A stretch of 64,000 nucleotides of DNA, from NCBI GenBank assembly GCA_046563655.1, contig CM102290.1:5642001-5706000 (forward strand). Direction: 5' to 3'. The position numbers were made by a program, and so were the translations under genes. How positions within the stretch are numbered: the stretch's first letter is position 1; each line of letters starts with the position of its first letter. The notes below the pieces were generated by a model. The model saw only the letters and a list, made by a program, of their open reading frames with translations, was not told where the DNA came from and did not search any database. This document shows positions 40,819 to 54,300 of this stretch, piece by piece. This DNA is from Yuukianura sp. NJ FZ-2021 (Eukaryota).

Positions 40819-43800
40819 GATGACCATTCCGGCGTCTGCGCGTAAACCCAACAAGTGGGACTCAGTGATGTCGAAGATGGCAGAGACGAAGCCACGCCCC
40901 CTCAATGTCAAGGACGTCAAGTCCAAAGTGTTCCTCACAACGAAAGTGAGTGTGATTCCTAGTCACCCGTCCACAGCCCACTCAGTCCGTGACAAGGAAC
41001 AGGAGGACCCCTTGCTCAAGGGCCCCCTCAGCCAGGTCAAGGGCTCACAGAAGACAGACAGACACAGACTGCCCAAACTCATCAAGGACACTTACTCCTC
41101 ACAGAGCTCCACCATCTCCACCTCCTCAGAAGAACACCATCTACACAAACACTCTCGACTGACCCACCACTCATCCAACTCCAGTACCTCAAGTAAACAA
41201 TTTCAACTTTATTAACTTTAATTAACTTTAACCACCTCTTTTGTAGCAGGAACTGTCGTCATTCGGTCCAATACTCGCAGTCCCACGGACCCACCAAGCA
41301 ATAAGACCCACCCTAGCAGCAATAAGGGCCCACCGGAGAGGGTGGGCAGTGGAAAGGCGTCCAAAGGTAACAAAACTCTAACAATCAATTAAGTCTCCGG
41401 AATATCTAAAAGTTCTTCTTGATGAAATCTGGCTAAGTCTCAGGAATACCTAAAATTTCTTCTTCATGAAACCTAGCTAAGTTGTCACCAAGTCAAAATT
41501 TTAAATATTCCTGTAAATTAGGCAGTTATCTGCAGCCCACGTATCTTGAAAACGTAAACGTATCACGTATCTTTTCCAAAAAGATACGTGAAGAGCTTGA
41601 GATACGTAAACGTATCTACTTACGTTAACGTAAAAATCAAAAAGATACGTGAGACATACGGGAGACGTAAACGTATCTTCAATTCCAAATCACACTCGGT
41701 TCAAAGTGTGAATCCCTTTAGAAGTATGTTTTGTATCTGTAAGAAGTGCAATTTGAAAATCACTCTTTTCGTCTGTTTTTTGTAAACAAAACAAGAGTTT
41801 CGGTTTTGTTTTTGTTTGTGATTTACTTTTTGCCAAAAACGTTGAGCAATTAAGTTATGTTTTAGCACTTCAGCATGTCAAAGGTCAAGCGGGCAAGTCA
41901 AATTGGAGACGATCTACACATGGGAAGGTAGAGTTCCACAAAATCGTTAACTAATTAAGTAGCAAGGCTAACCTAACCTTAGGGTACAGAAGAAATCAGG
42001 CCATTTTCGATTACAAGGGTTTCGATTACACGATTACACAGAATACGATTACAGATTACTAATCTGTCATCTGTTTCAGTCTGAATTATGTTTCAAGTAT
42101 GACTGACAAAAGAGATTTTAAAATTTGAAGCACAACGGACTTGCGCTAGAAGTTACGGTTTTTGGTGAAAAATGCTTGCAGAAAACTGGCGAAAAAGATA
42201 CGGGAAACGTATCACGTATCTCGAAAAAGATACGTTACGTTACAACGTACGTTGCAAGATACGTCGTCTGCAGATAACTGCCTATTAGAAGTTCGTCACC
42301 AAGTCAAAATTTTAGAGATTCCTGATAATTTGAAGTTCGTCACCATGGTAGGAAATTCTGAATTTTCAAAAGTGGTAGGAAATTCTGAATTTTCAAAAGT
42401 GGTAGGAAATTCTGAATTTTCAAAAGTGGTAGGAAATTCTGAATTTTCACAAGTGGTCGTGAATTCTGAATTTTCAAAAGTGGTAGGAAATTCTGAATTT
42501 TCAAAAGTGGTCGTGAATTCTGAATTTTCACAAGTAAGTGGTAGGAAATTCTGAATTTTCAAAAGTGGTAGGAAATTCTGAATTTTCAAAAGTGGTAGGA
42601 AATTCTGAATTTTCAAAAGTGGTAGGAAATTCTGAATTTTCAAAAGTGGTCGTGAATTCTGAATTTTCACAAGTAAGTGGTAGGAAATTCTGAATTTTCA
42701 AAAGTGGTAGGAAATTCTGAATTTTCAAAAGTGGTCGTGAATTCTGAATTTTCACAAGTAAGTGGTAGGAAATTCTGAATTTTCAAAACTGGTAGGAAAT
42801 TCTGAATTTTCAAAAGTGGTAAGAAATTCTGAATTTTCAAAAGTGGTCGTGAATTCTGAATTTTCACGTGGTAAGAAATTCTTAATTTTCAAAAGTGGTC
42901 GTGAACTCTGAATTTTCAAAAGTGGTAAGAAATTCTTAATTTTCAAAAGTGGTCGTGAACTCTGAATTTTCAAATGTTGTCGTGAATTCTAATTCTCAGG
43001 ATGGCTACAATTTTGACTTGGTGAAAAACTTCTAGTTCTCAGGAATAGCTACAATTTCTTCTTGATGAAATCTAGCTAAAAGTCTCATGAATAGCTAAAA
43101 TTAGGTTAGATAATTCCATCGAGAAGCTTCTTGATGGAATCTTGCTAAGTAAGTGGTACAACTGATAATCTATGATTATGCAGGTCAAGTGCAGGTAACG
43201 TGACCTTCCTTCCACTATCCACGGCTAAAGTGTTGCCCGGGGTGGGTGGGGCGTCGGTGGTGGGTTTTCAAGAGTGGTGGGGCATCGGTCAGACTTTTTT
43301 GGCCTGAGGCTATTCCATCTCCCTGTCTCCTTAGTATTGCCAAAGAAAGAAGAATTCTTCGGTGGTTGGAGTGTTGCACCTACCAGTCTGTGCTTGAGCG
43401 TTGCGCAGAGTAGTTGGAATGTGAGACTGCGCAGTTAGGCTCTGGGTCATTGTGTATTTTGAGATCTGTGTCAACTCATCATCGCCACACGGCATAAACC
43501 ACTCCTTTTCTCTCCACTGCGCTTGAGCGAACTCTACCTCCAACCATACAAAACACCTATTCTCTAACTTGAGAAAAAGAATTTCCGAAAAAAAAATTGT
43601 TTTTAAAAATTGAAAAAAACTGTAAACAAAATTAATTGTGGGAAGCAGTGTTGACTGAAGGAGGAAAACAAAAGCTATAGCGGTCAAGTGGCGTGGGAAT
43701 ATTTTAACTAAACCCAAGAAACACACAGCCTCCCACCCCTCATTTTCATCATTTGTGAACATTAGCATAGAAAACTAGTCACATGACCTTGACCATCCAA

Positions 43801-46067
43801 ATCCAGCACCATAGTAGTTGGGTAGCACCATTTTAGCACCAGTATGGTGCATGGTGCCAGTTCCAACTTGATCAGTGGTGGAGTGTGTTTGAGTGAAGGT
43901 GGTTGTGTGTTTAAGTGTTGAGGTAGCAGTGTTAATTGGCTCCCATTCCAAGTGGCTCCCATGGTCATTGACTCTGCAGGAATCTCTCTCATCTTAAACT
44001 TCAATTCACCCCCTCAGTCTCTCAGTAGCACCCAACATGCTCTGTTGGTGGAGAAAGCCCAAGAGAACCCCCCAAAACCCCCCATCCCCCCTCAAGCCAA
44101 GTCCCTCCAAGTTCAAACTACTGGACAGCACCAGTTCAGACGAAGATGATTGTTGGGAACTGAAAAGTGTGTGGGGCAAGGACTGGAAGCTGGGGAGGGG
44201 CAGGGGGGCAGAGTCCACAGAAAGCCTACTTTTCTCAAACCACCCCTCACCATCAAACCCCCCACCCCCAGACCCCAACAACAATGAAGGGAAAAGGAAG
44301 TTATACTTTCCCAATTGCAGCACAGACACTTCTGACACGGGGAACTGCTCAGACTGTGACCCCTCACCCACCCCTCCACCCACGCCCCCTTTTTTCCACC
44401 ACGACGGGGGTAAAGGTAACAAATCAAGCACTCTTAGCATCCCCCCACGAGCAAATACTGCGTTTTACACATGCTATTGTACAATTATAAGTTTATTATA
44501 TTATAAAATTATAATTTTAATGTTGTAAAATCATAATTTTAATAATATAGTATAAAATTTTAATTGATAATTGATGTATTTTTATTTATTGCAGTAGTGA
44601 GTTCCCAAGAAGTGCAGTCGCTGCGAGCTGAGTTAACGAAGGAACGTGAGTCACGTGAGCGCCTTGTTCATGAAAACAAGGCGCTAAGAGTAGAACTAAA
44701 GACGCTCCTTGAACAGCAACAAACTGCTACAAGGGAGAGACAAAAGTTGGAACAGGAACTCAGTTCAGGTGAGCCCCACTTTCATAATTTTCATAATTTT
44801 GTATAATTTCATAATTTTTCATAATTTGATAATTTGGTTTTCAGCTGAGGAGAGACTGAAGGAAGCCCGCTCGGACTGGGAACGAGAGCGAGAGCATGCG
44901 TCGGAAGAGAGTGAGGCTATAAGGCGGTCGCATGCTGCGGAAGTTGAAGGTCTCCTCCAGCTGCGACAGGCGGATTTGTGCTCTCTGCAGGAACGACACG
45001 ACGCAACGCTAGCACTACTCCAAGCAGCACACACAACTGATCTCAATCAACTCAGAGCTTCATTCGAATTAACACAATTAGAACGTACGTCCACTCCAGT
45101 AGTTTAGGAATAAATTATACAAATTATAGCATTTAGAGGATTTAGGGCGCCATTTTCAAACTTTACGAATTTACATTCATAAATATGCTGATAACTTACA
45201 CAAATAAGAAAAGTTTGGAAAGGGACGTCACTCGTTTGAAATCCACCAATCACGGGAGCCTTTACAAAGCGGGATGCCTAAATTCTATAATTTCTATAAA
45301 TTCTATAACTTCTCTGATTTTTTATAATTTCTGTAATTTTTATTAATTCTATAATTGCTATAGACTTCAATTTCTTTAAATTCTATAAAAGTCTAAATTC
45401 TACAATATTTCGTATAAGTTGTATAAATTCTATAATATTTATAAATTGTACAAATTCTATAATTTTATACGTTAACTAACAGTACTTATTGTATTACAGA
45501 GGAACAGAAGCATGACTTTGAGTGCGAGGAACTCAAGGCCAAGCATCTGGAGGAGCTGGACAGTCTGGAGTCTCACTTCAAGGTGGAACTGGAACTGCTC
45601 CACCACAAACTGGCCCACTCGTCCCCCTCCTTCCCCCCACCACCCAAAGACGTAATACCTTGAACTACTCTAACATTTACTGTTACTAACATCAACTAAT
45701 TACTAATTGACTGTTATAGACGACTACGGACGTGCTGCACAAGGAAATCACTTCTCTTTCCGTCGTGGTTGAGTTGAGGAACAACGAAATCAAGGATCTG
45801 CGTCAGGAAGTGATGTCGCAGCGACTGGAGCTGGAGCGACTACAGGGAGTGGACGACCAGAATCAGCTGTTGACCCAGCGTGTAGAGGACTTGGAGGCGC
45901 AAGTTCAGAAGACTCGAGACGACAAGAAGAAGTTGATTGTGGAGAATCAGACGATGCAGACGAGCATGCACGAGGCCATGACAGCCAAGGACAGGCTGGC
46001 CATGCAAGTGGACTTTCTGCGCTACCGGATCCAAGAAACCAACGACAGCCCCAAACCCCCCTCCTGA
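40819..46067 (+). CDS. Coiled-coil protein, MTUS1/MTUS2 (toucan)-like; 5' end uncertain
   Basis: N-terminal KWDSVMSKM, a Ser-rich region and long heptad exons. C-terminal KEITSLSVVVELRNNEIKDLR...LTQRVEDLEAQV resembles the MTUS C-terminal coil. Confidence 0.6.
41519..42284. mobile_element. TIR element with perfect 17-bp inverted termini
   Basis: taggcagttatctgcag ... ctgcagataactgccta with subterminal agatacgt/acgtatct motifs. Confidence 0.85.
42346..42990. repeat. 27-bp minisatellite (~23 copies) in an intron
   Basis: gtggtaggaaattctgaattttcaaaa units with a periodic gtggtcgtgaattctgaattttcacaagtaa variant. Confidence 0.97.
45110..45470. mobile_element. Repeat element related to 14340-15190
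   Basis: Core aagtttggaaagggacgtcactcgtttgaaatccaccaatcacgggagcc plus an (aaattctata)n tail. Confidence 0.6.
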
Positions 46068-46471
46068 AACGTTTTGAAGACGACTTGTCCCTATGTCCAC
46101 TACTACGTCATATGTCCACTATACTGCCCATTGTCCATTTCCTACATGTCCACTCTGACTCTTGTCACTTGAATAAAAATGTATTCGGATTGGGAATGCT
46201 GTTTGGAGGTTATGGAACTGGGTGGGCAGTGTTTGGTGGCTCCTTGAGACAACACATTCACTTTGGCAGTTGGAAGGGGTTAGGTTAGGGTTCGTCTCCC
46301 CCTTGGCCACTTTCTTATACTCTCCTTGTTCAGCCGAAGGCTCAGTCCACCTCGACGTGTCCACCAGACAGCATCCTCTCCAATTGTACTTCCAATTGTA
46401 CTTGCAATTGTGCCAACATTTGGCCACGGACTTTGTACTTACCAAGGATATCAAGAAGGAAGTGAGGAGGG

Positions 46472-49248
46472 ATGGCCACTCTCGCAATCCTCCTACTCCC
46501 CTTTCTCCTCGTAGTCACAGGTAACAAACTCTCTAAAATTCAATACTGGAAGGACATTCAGAGGTCAAGTAGAGGTCACTGACCACTGAAGTTAGTCGGG
46601 TAACTACTTGAGACATAACTTTAAGACGTACCTTCATAAGACACAGGAGACAGAAGATCCCGTGTCTCAGCGTACCCCTAAACTCTCCAAATTCAAAAAA
46701 TGTTGCACATTCTTCACTCTCTTATTGTCACACTCTGTTTACACTTTCAATTGAGTCAATTGACGAGAGAAATTGAAGGTAAAAGTGTGAGAGGTTAATG
46801 ACCTTTGACCTTTGTTGTCCACAGGAGAGCAGCAGATTGACTTTGAATGTCCAGAACCTTCGGGAAACTTTGCGGATCCCAATACGTGCAGAAGATTCTT
46901 CCAGGTAAGTCGTTTACATTTAAATTTACATGAATGACGATGACGAATCGTCTTTGGCTGGGGATATTGACCTGACTGGACATGTAGATTGATAACTAAT
47001 TGGATTTGCATTTGATTGTAGTGTGTAGATGGACATCCCTACGAAACCCGATGTCCCTCCAGTCTGTACTTTGACGACATTGCGAAATTCTGCACATTCA
47101 AGAATGAGGCGAGATGTGGGCCGATTTCCACGAGTAAGTTAGTTAGCTTATGTCCCCAAGTTGTCCCATACTGCGAAAGTTGTGGTCAAGACGAGTGGGG
47201 TAGTGACCATGGGTCGGCTGTTACTCAATTTGTCCCTCTGTCTTATGTTATGATTGTAGTAGTTGACCTAGTGTCAACTGGGCCACAATGACTAGAGAGT
47301 GGTCACTCCTTGGTTGCATAATTAGCTCAATCCACTAAGGAAACTGGTTGGGATTTTCTTCATTCATCAATCATCATGTTAATCTAACAATCACTGCCTC
47401 TCTTCTTTTTTCAGCTCCTGCTCCCTCCACTGAGGCTCCGATTGACCTGGCTGTCAAATGTGAACCTTCAACCTGTGAACTGCCACACTGTCACTGCTCA
47501 AAGGATGGAACTCTCATCCCTGGTGCATTGGATCCTGCCAAGGTAAAGTGAAAGTGGTCCACTAATCCTCTGCTTCAACAATTCCTTACTCTGCTCAACC
47601 GTTAAACTCAATTTCACCCTTTGAGCTAAGAATAAGTGGTCAGTAGAACCCCTTTCTATTATTAAACTTCAAAGGCCAACTAGGTCAACCCAAACTATAT
47701 CCGTTTATGACGTTATAACCTAACCTTTCTGTTTTTCCAGACTCCGCAGATGATTGTCATGACGTTCGATGGAGCCGTCAACGTCAACAACTACGAACAT
47801 TACGTCAAGGTCTTTTTGTCAAATCGCACCAATCCCAATGGATGTCCCATTCGCGGAACGTTTTTCATCTCGCACGAGTACTCTGATTATGCCCAAATTC
47901 AGCGACTCCATTACGAAGGACATGAAATCGCCGTCGGCACAATTTCGTAAAAACTTTTTTTTTTTTTTTTTCGAAAAATTTCAAATTTTAGCGCCATTTT
48001 TACCAGTAGCTCATACAAAGTTTGCTTTTAGGTCGGAACGCGGTCTGGAGTTGCAGGATTACGAGCGATGGGCCTCGGAAATGATCGGAATGCGAGAGAT
48101 TCTGGGTCGATTTGCCAACATTTCTGCCGAAGACATCATTGGGATGAGAGCTCCTTACTTGAAACCAGGCAGAAACGCCCAGTACGAGGTCAGTTTGCAT
48201 CAGTGATGACTCGTCATGTTAATTTGTTTGAATTTATGCAAATGTAATTAACTACATGTCCATGTTGTGTAGATTCTGCAAGACTTTAACTTCGTCTGGG
48301 ACTCATCCATTGGCGTTCCACCGATCAAAGTTCCCTCGTGGCCTTATACCTTGGACTACAAAATTCCACATGAATGCAAAGCCGGAACGTGTCCTACGAG
48401 GAGCTTTCCAGGTAATTTATGCAATTACTTCAACTTAATTTCCTTCACAGTAGGATTTAACTGAGGATTGGTTGGACAGGGGTGTGGGAGTTGCCGTTGA
48501 ATGCTCACTTTGTCGAGTCTTTCGAAGGAGGTCATTGTCCCTACATGGATCAGTGCGTTCTGTTCAATCACGATGCAGATCAGGTATGCCCATTTTCCAT
48601 ATTCTTAGATTATGGATTATGGATTAGAAAAAATAAGGAATATCATAGTGTCTGGGTTTGTTTTAGGTTCTGGAGTGGCTGCAGGAGGATTTCAAGCGAC
48701 ATTATAGTCAGAACAAAGCCCCTTACATGATGCCATTCCACACGACGTGGTTCCAGAGTAAGGAACTGGAAAATGGTCTCCTCAAGTTTGTCGACTGGGT
48801 CAGGACACAGTAAGTCATCGTAAAACTAATTATGCAAAGTTATAGTTAGGTCATGGGACGAATATTTGTCATTCCAGGCCTAACATTTGGTTCGTGACTG
48901 CCACCCAAGCACTGCTCTGGATAACGGAACCCACATCCACTGATCAACTCAACAACTTTGAGCCGTGGGACTGCAAGAAGAGAGTCGTCCCACCGCAACC
49001 ATGCAATCTCCCTTACAAGTGTGCCCTCACCTTCAAGCATCCAAAGCAACCCACACAAACGCGGTAAGCTAACTTATGTAAACTTATGTATTTTATGTAG
49101 AGTTATGTAATTTATGTAACACACTTACATTCTGAACAGATACATGTCAACGTGTTCCGAGTGCCCTGAGAAGTACCCCTGGACTGGAGACTACGATGGA
49201 GATGGAAAGGAGGAGACAGACATTTACGCAAAACCAACTAGGAAGTAG
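46472..49248 (+). CDS. Cda4: Chitin deacetylase with ChtBD2 domain and no LDLa domain (Cda4 group)
   Basis: Signal peptide MATLAILLLPFLLVVT. Chitin-binding domain CPEPSGNFADPNTCRRFFQCVDGHPYETRCPSSLYFDD..FCTFKNEARCG. Deacetylase motifs TFDGAVN, GHEIA, GMRAPYL and WPYTLDY. Confidence 0.92.
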
Positions 49249-49586
49249 ATTATTTTAGCTCAATTCGCAATCCAAACTCATAGATATTAGTAGCAAATTA
49301 ATTTTTTTTACTCCACTTACCCCATATGATCTTCAATACTTTTACATTCGCCAAGTACTAAAAACATTCCGACATTTGACTTCCTGTCTCCAATATCAAC
49401 TTTATTTCCTCTCATTTCACAACTTGAATGTAGAAGTGAGCAGGAATTTAGTTGTAGTTGTCGTATCGGCAGCATTTAGACTAATAATTCTAGTAAGACT
49501 ACCGCAAAGCTTCAAAGATAGACTGACTCTGTGTCCATGATAGGTTGGCCAAGTGATTCTCCGTTTTAGTGTCTACTGGATAACTC

Positions 49587-50101
49587 CTAACGTATTGGCA
49601 TCCATGGTTCGATGTAATCACGGAACAAGATTTTTTCTGGAAAGAGAACAATAGTACATGTAGATCGTTTTAAAATCGTAGGGATTAGGTTGAAGGACTC
49701 ACTGGGAGGCGGGAAATCTTCTGGATGCAGTGTCATGTAATGGTAGTACTGCAAATCACGCTCAGCAGTCACCTTGAGTCTGTATCTGTGTGCCCATTCT
49801 CCAGCACCAGCTCCTAGCGCTGAATACAAAAAGTACCTATGGATCGCTGGAAAGAAAGAACCAATTTAGTGAATTGTACATTGACACTGACATTCCAGAA
49901 GAACTGAAACTCACATGAGTAAATGGGTCTCCGGACAAAATAGTTTTGAAACATGATGGTTCCAATTCCAATGACAATACCGCCCATTGGCATCATCCAT
50001 CGATTGAGGGCACTCATCGTTCGACCGTCGGGATCTCCAGTGCGATACAATTCACACATGGGATCCAGTTGTGGACTACCGTCATCTCCACGGTCACACA
50101 T
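49587..50101 (-). CDS. NDUFC2: NADH dehydrogenase (ubiquinone) 1 subunit C2 (B14.5b)
   Basis: Three exons encode NYFVRRPIYSAIHR, AERD..YYHYMTLHPEDFP and the C-terminal WMPIR*. Confidence 0.88.
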
Positions 50102-51368
50102 TCTCGCTACGATCACTAACGAAATAAAGTAATTTAGTTACTTTAGTTAGCAATTGCATGTGTTTGTATTTTAGAAAACATGATATGTTTTATCAGAAGT
50201 ATTGTGATAAACTTACGTCTAGGGTAGGCTCAAATGTGACGTCCAGTCAATGTCAGGTCAATCAGTGAAGCAATGGGTACCGTTTAACCAATTGATTAAT
50301 TGAAAACAATGAAAATGACAATTTTTTTTAGATCTCCGCTCTCTAGCCTCTTGCTTTTGCACTAAAACATAAAAGTGTTGAAATGAGACGCGGGGAAATC
50401 AGCTGATTGAATCGGATACCAAACAGACAGCTGCACACAGAGATCATTGATCTATCAACATACCTAGTAAATGCCTTGGTAATGTTGCTAAGGTTCCATG
50501 GTAAAAATTCTTCGTTCAAGTTACGTTCGAATAAACGTTTTCTCAGTACGTCTGTACAGCATTCAACATGAGGTAAGTTTTACGTGTTGTAATCTTGTAA
50601 TTTATGATATAACATAATCTTATTAATCACATAAAGGATTACAAAAAGAATTGTCCCAAGTATTTTTGTAGTTAGGTAAAGTGGTAGGAAGACTACCTTT
50701 ATTTCTGTTTTTTTCTAATCAAAGTCCTAAATTTCGTTTTTTGTTTTAATTTTTAGTTATTTATATAATTATTTTTTTAAAATTTTAATGTATTATTTTT
50801 AGAATTTTTAAAAAATGATATTGTAATTTTTGAATTTTTCTTAATTTCCGTTATTTCTTTTTCACCCCAAAAATTACTATAAATTATTCCTAATATTAAG
50901 CTAGAAGAAGTTAAAGCTGATTAAAATACATAATGCTAAATATTTAACTCCAATCTTAATTTTTCAAGAGAAGCTGTACATTGTACACAAATTGCGTTCA
51001 CTTCTCGTAAGATTCCGCAGCACTAGAATGTAAGGGTCGCTGACCTGAGTATTAGCTATGTCGGTGCAACTGTCTGATGTGGAATGGGAGAGTATGAGGT
51101 GAAAGAAATTGGGCTTTTTGTTTTTCATTTCTCATAATAAATATTTTGTTTTGCTCTGTTTTTACAGTTTACCGTTTAACTGTAGGTTTCAGTGTAAACA
51201 ACTATGTATATTAGTAAATGGAGTTACTGATGACCACGGACGTTCGCTGAATTCCGTAAAGAGCCTCTCGTAGGCAGCGAGGAGACAGTTAACGGTAAGG
51301 TAAGACAGTAGCTTACCATAAATCATAATTACTAAACTGAGATCTAATTAAGTCGTTCTTTTTAGAAA

Positions 51369-54300
51369 ATGAGTGATCTCAGCAGTGATGATGAAGACAA
51401 CACTGGGTCACAAGTTAGTTTGACTGGCTTCCTGTTTGGTAATGTGGACACGAAGACGGGAAAACTTGAAGATCAATCAATATTTGGCCTCGACTCGGAC
51501 AAGCAGCTTAAAGCACTTGAAAACCTTGGACTAGGATTTCAAAATGTACTGGAAGACGAAGATGTGGAGCTCTCTAACACAAGAACAAATGGATTCGGTG
51601 ACTCGTCCAATGCTACATCAGGTAATCTTAGATCAAACAACAACTTATCAATTGGAACATAGAACTCAGTTTGTATCTTTGTGTCAGATCCTTCCAAACA
51701 TCGTAGAGACAAAGTGAAACGGGCATTCTCTTCGGAAGATTCTTCATCAGAAGATGATTCCGATAACGATGAAAATTCCGACGACGAAGTCATTCGGAAA
51801 GATCCTCCTCGTAATCATGTCTCCCAATCAGTCGGTGACCTGGATGACCCCAAGTCACCTTCAGCAGTGGATTTCTCGGACATTTCTGAGTGTATCGATG
51901 AGGACGAGGACAATTTACAAGAACTGGAGTATAGAACAACTTTCGGTGCCTACGATTTCGATTCCAGAAAGATGCCACCACCGCCACCACCGTTTCTACA
52001 ATCTTCCGCCGTAGTAGTTGGAAGTTCCCAAAAAGTGCCACTTCCAAGCACCTCTCCCTCTGAAAAGCGGCTAGAAACTCCATTAGCCTCGATGCTGCCT
52101 TCCAAATATGCAAACATCAGCGTCACGACGTTGTTTCCAGATTTCAGAGCGGACAAGGTGCTTCGATTTTCACGCCTATTCGGACCAGGGAAATTCAACA
52201 GTTTACCCCATACGTGGAGAAATGTGAGGAAGAGGCGAAGAAAGAAAAAGGAGAAATTGATAGAACTGCAGAATGCTGCCGTGAATACAATCACACTGCC
52301 TGGTCTGCATGACGTTCCTGTGGGATCAGAACACTCCAATGACCTTGTCTTACCGACCGTTGGCTTGAGTAATTCGTTTGACGAACGAACTAAGCTGACG
52401 GAATGGAAGGACAGTAACGATGAGGACGATGACCTTGATCCCTCTTCCTCAACTTGTGTTCCAGACCAAGAGGTAAGTTCAGACAAACCAGAGTTTGCAT
52501 AATTATATAATAATATAATTATTTATTTATTATATTTATTATTTATTTGCAGGAAATGTTTCTTCGTCCTCATGATTCCAGCAAAGATGGGAGTGAGAAT
52601 ACAAAAGAGGCTGAACTAGGCAAACCAAAGACGGCCGAGAAGAAGCAATTGTGGCGCCATGGTCCAGCAGCTATTTGGTTTGAGATGCTCGGCGTACCGG
52701 ACAATCCAGACAATTTTGAGTACGGTTTCAACAAAAAGGTTACTCCCTGCCAAAATTGTTAAAACCAAATCCTGTCTTCATACTTCTAAAGTGCAGTTTG
52801 ATGATTTAGGAGAAAGAAGGGGACTCCGATGGGTGCAGTTCAGATGACGACGGAGAAAGTCGAGTAACTAAACCGGAAGTGATATTCCCCGACGACAGCT
52901 TTATTATGGTTACTCAGTGCGACTGGGAAGAAGCCATCATTTGGGACAGTCAGGATGCTAAAGTGAAGAAGTTAGCTAAGAACAAGACTGCTGGGTGGGT
53001 TCCTAGTGGTTCCAATCGTTCAGCGCAGAATGTGGCCAAGGGCCAAGATGTCATTTTGTCTCCGAGTCTCTCTCCCGTCAAGATCTCGACTTCCTCTACG
53101 CCTTTCGCCTCTTCTCTTCCTCCACCGCAGTTGCCAACGTCCTCCAAGAACTCAAAAACGTACGCTTTCAATTCATTCAATTTACTTGCAACTTATTAAC
53201 TTAAAAAAAAAACCTTGGTGTTTTTCTACTGAACGATTAGCGAAAAAAAACCAACGTTTTTGCAAAAATCTCAAAGCCCCCAAACCTCATTCGAGATTGT
53301 TTGAACAATATAATCAACAAAGTTTAAAATGGTCTAGGGGTGATGTGAGATTTTTGCAAAGACGTTGGTTTTTTTCCCGCTAATCGCTCAGTAGAAAAAC
53401 CACAAGGTTTTTTTCACGTTAGGTTGTCAGGGACTGTACGATTAAGTTAGTTTGTTTGTACGATTAAGTTAGTTTTTGATTAATTTGTTAGCTCAAAAGT
53501 GACCGAGGAGCCGCAGTCACAACCCGATGACACTTGGTACTCCATTTTCCCAGTGGAAACGACGGAACTTGTTAACGGTCACTGGGAGAAAGACATCATT
53601 TGGGACGTGGACAACGTAGAAGAGTTGCCGCAACCAAAAGTACTGGAATTGGATCCAAACGATGAGAATATCATTCTCTGTCGTCCAGATGACATCGATC
53701 CAAATGCGTCTCAAAGTACAACTACTCCCGTCAAAATCAAAATTCCGCATCCGCATGTCAAGAAATCCAAGATTCTTCTCGGTATGACAAAAAAGACAAG
53801 AACTTTGATTATTTTTAATTTTCTTCATTTTCATTTTCTGTTTGTTTTGGAATTATACAGGAAAAGCAGGCGTTATCAATGTAATTGAAGAAGATAGCCC
53901 CCCTCCTTCTCCCAAGGACGATGACAAGGATCCCTACAACTTGTCTCTGGATGAATATTATCAAGCCAAGCACACAGAACAAGCTCTGATCAAGATCAGT
54001 ACGAGTGGAAACATCATCCAGCATTCCACTCCAGTAGTGGAACTCCGAGCTCCCTTCATTCCCACGCACATGAATTTAGTGAAGCTCAGAAACTTCCATC
54101 GTCCTGCTCTGCGCAAACTGGGCAGTGGCACGGCTTCCCAGTTGAGTCCTCATCCTCTCCTTCCGCTGACGAAACACATTCAAAGGAAAGCCAAAGTAAG
54201 TTTGGATTCAGCAACATTTATGTCCAAACTATCCTAATTTTTAACAAATGATGGTTGATTTGTAGCAAAGGGAGGCAGAAAGGCATGCTGCGGGAGGCGG

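Noticed and set aside
42162..42973. Repetitive ORFs (VVGNSEFSK / KIQNFLPLL / ENSEFPTTF repeats)
   Set aside because: These are translations of the 27-bp minisatellite, open in several frames, intronic and without splice support.
51010..51085. Possible intronic C/D snoRNA or hairpin RNA (terminal stem, CTGA near the 3' end)
   Set aside because: No convincing box C (RTGATGA) and weak pairing; not supportable without a covariance-model search.
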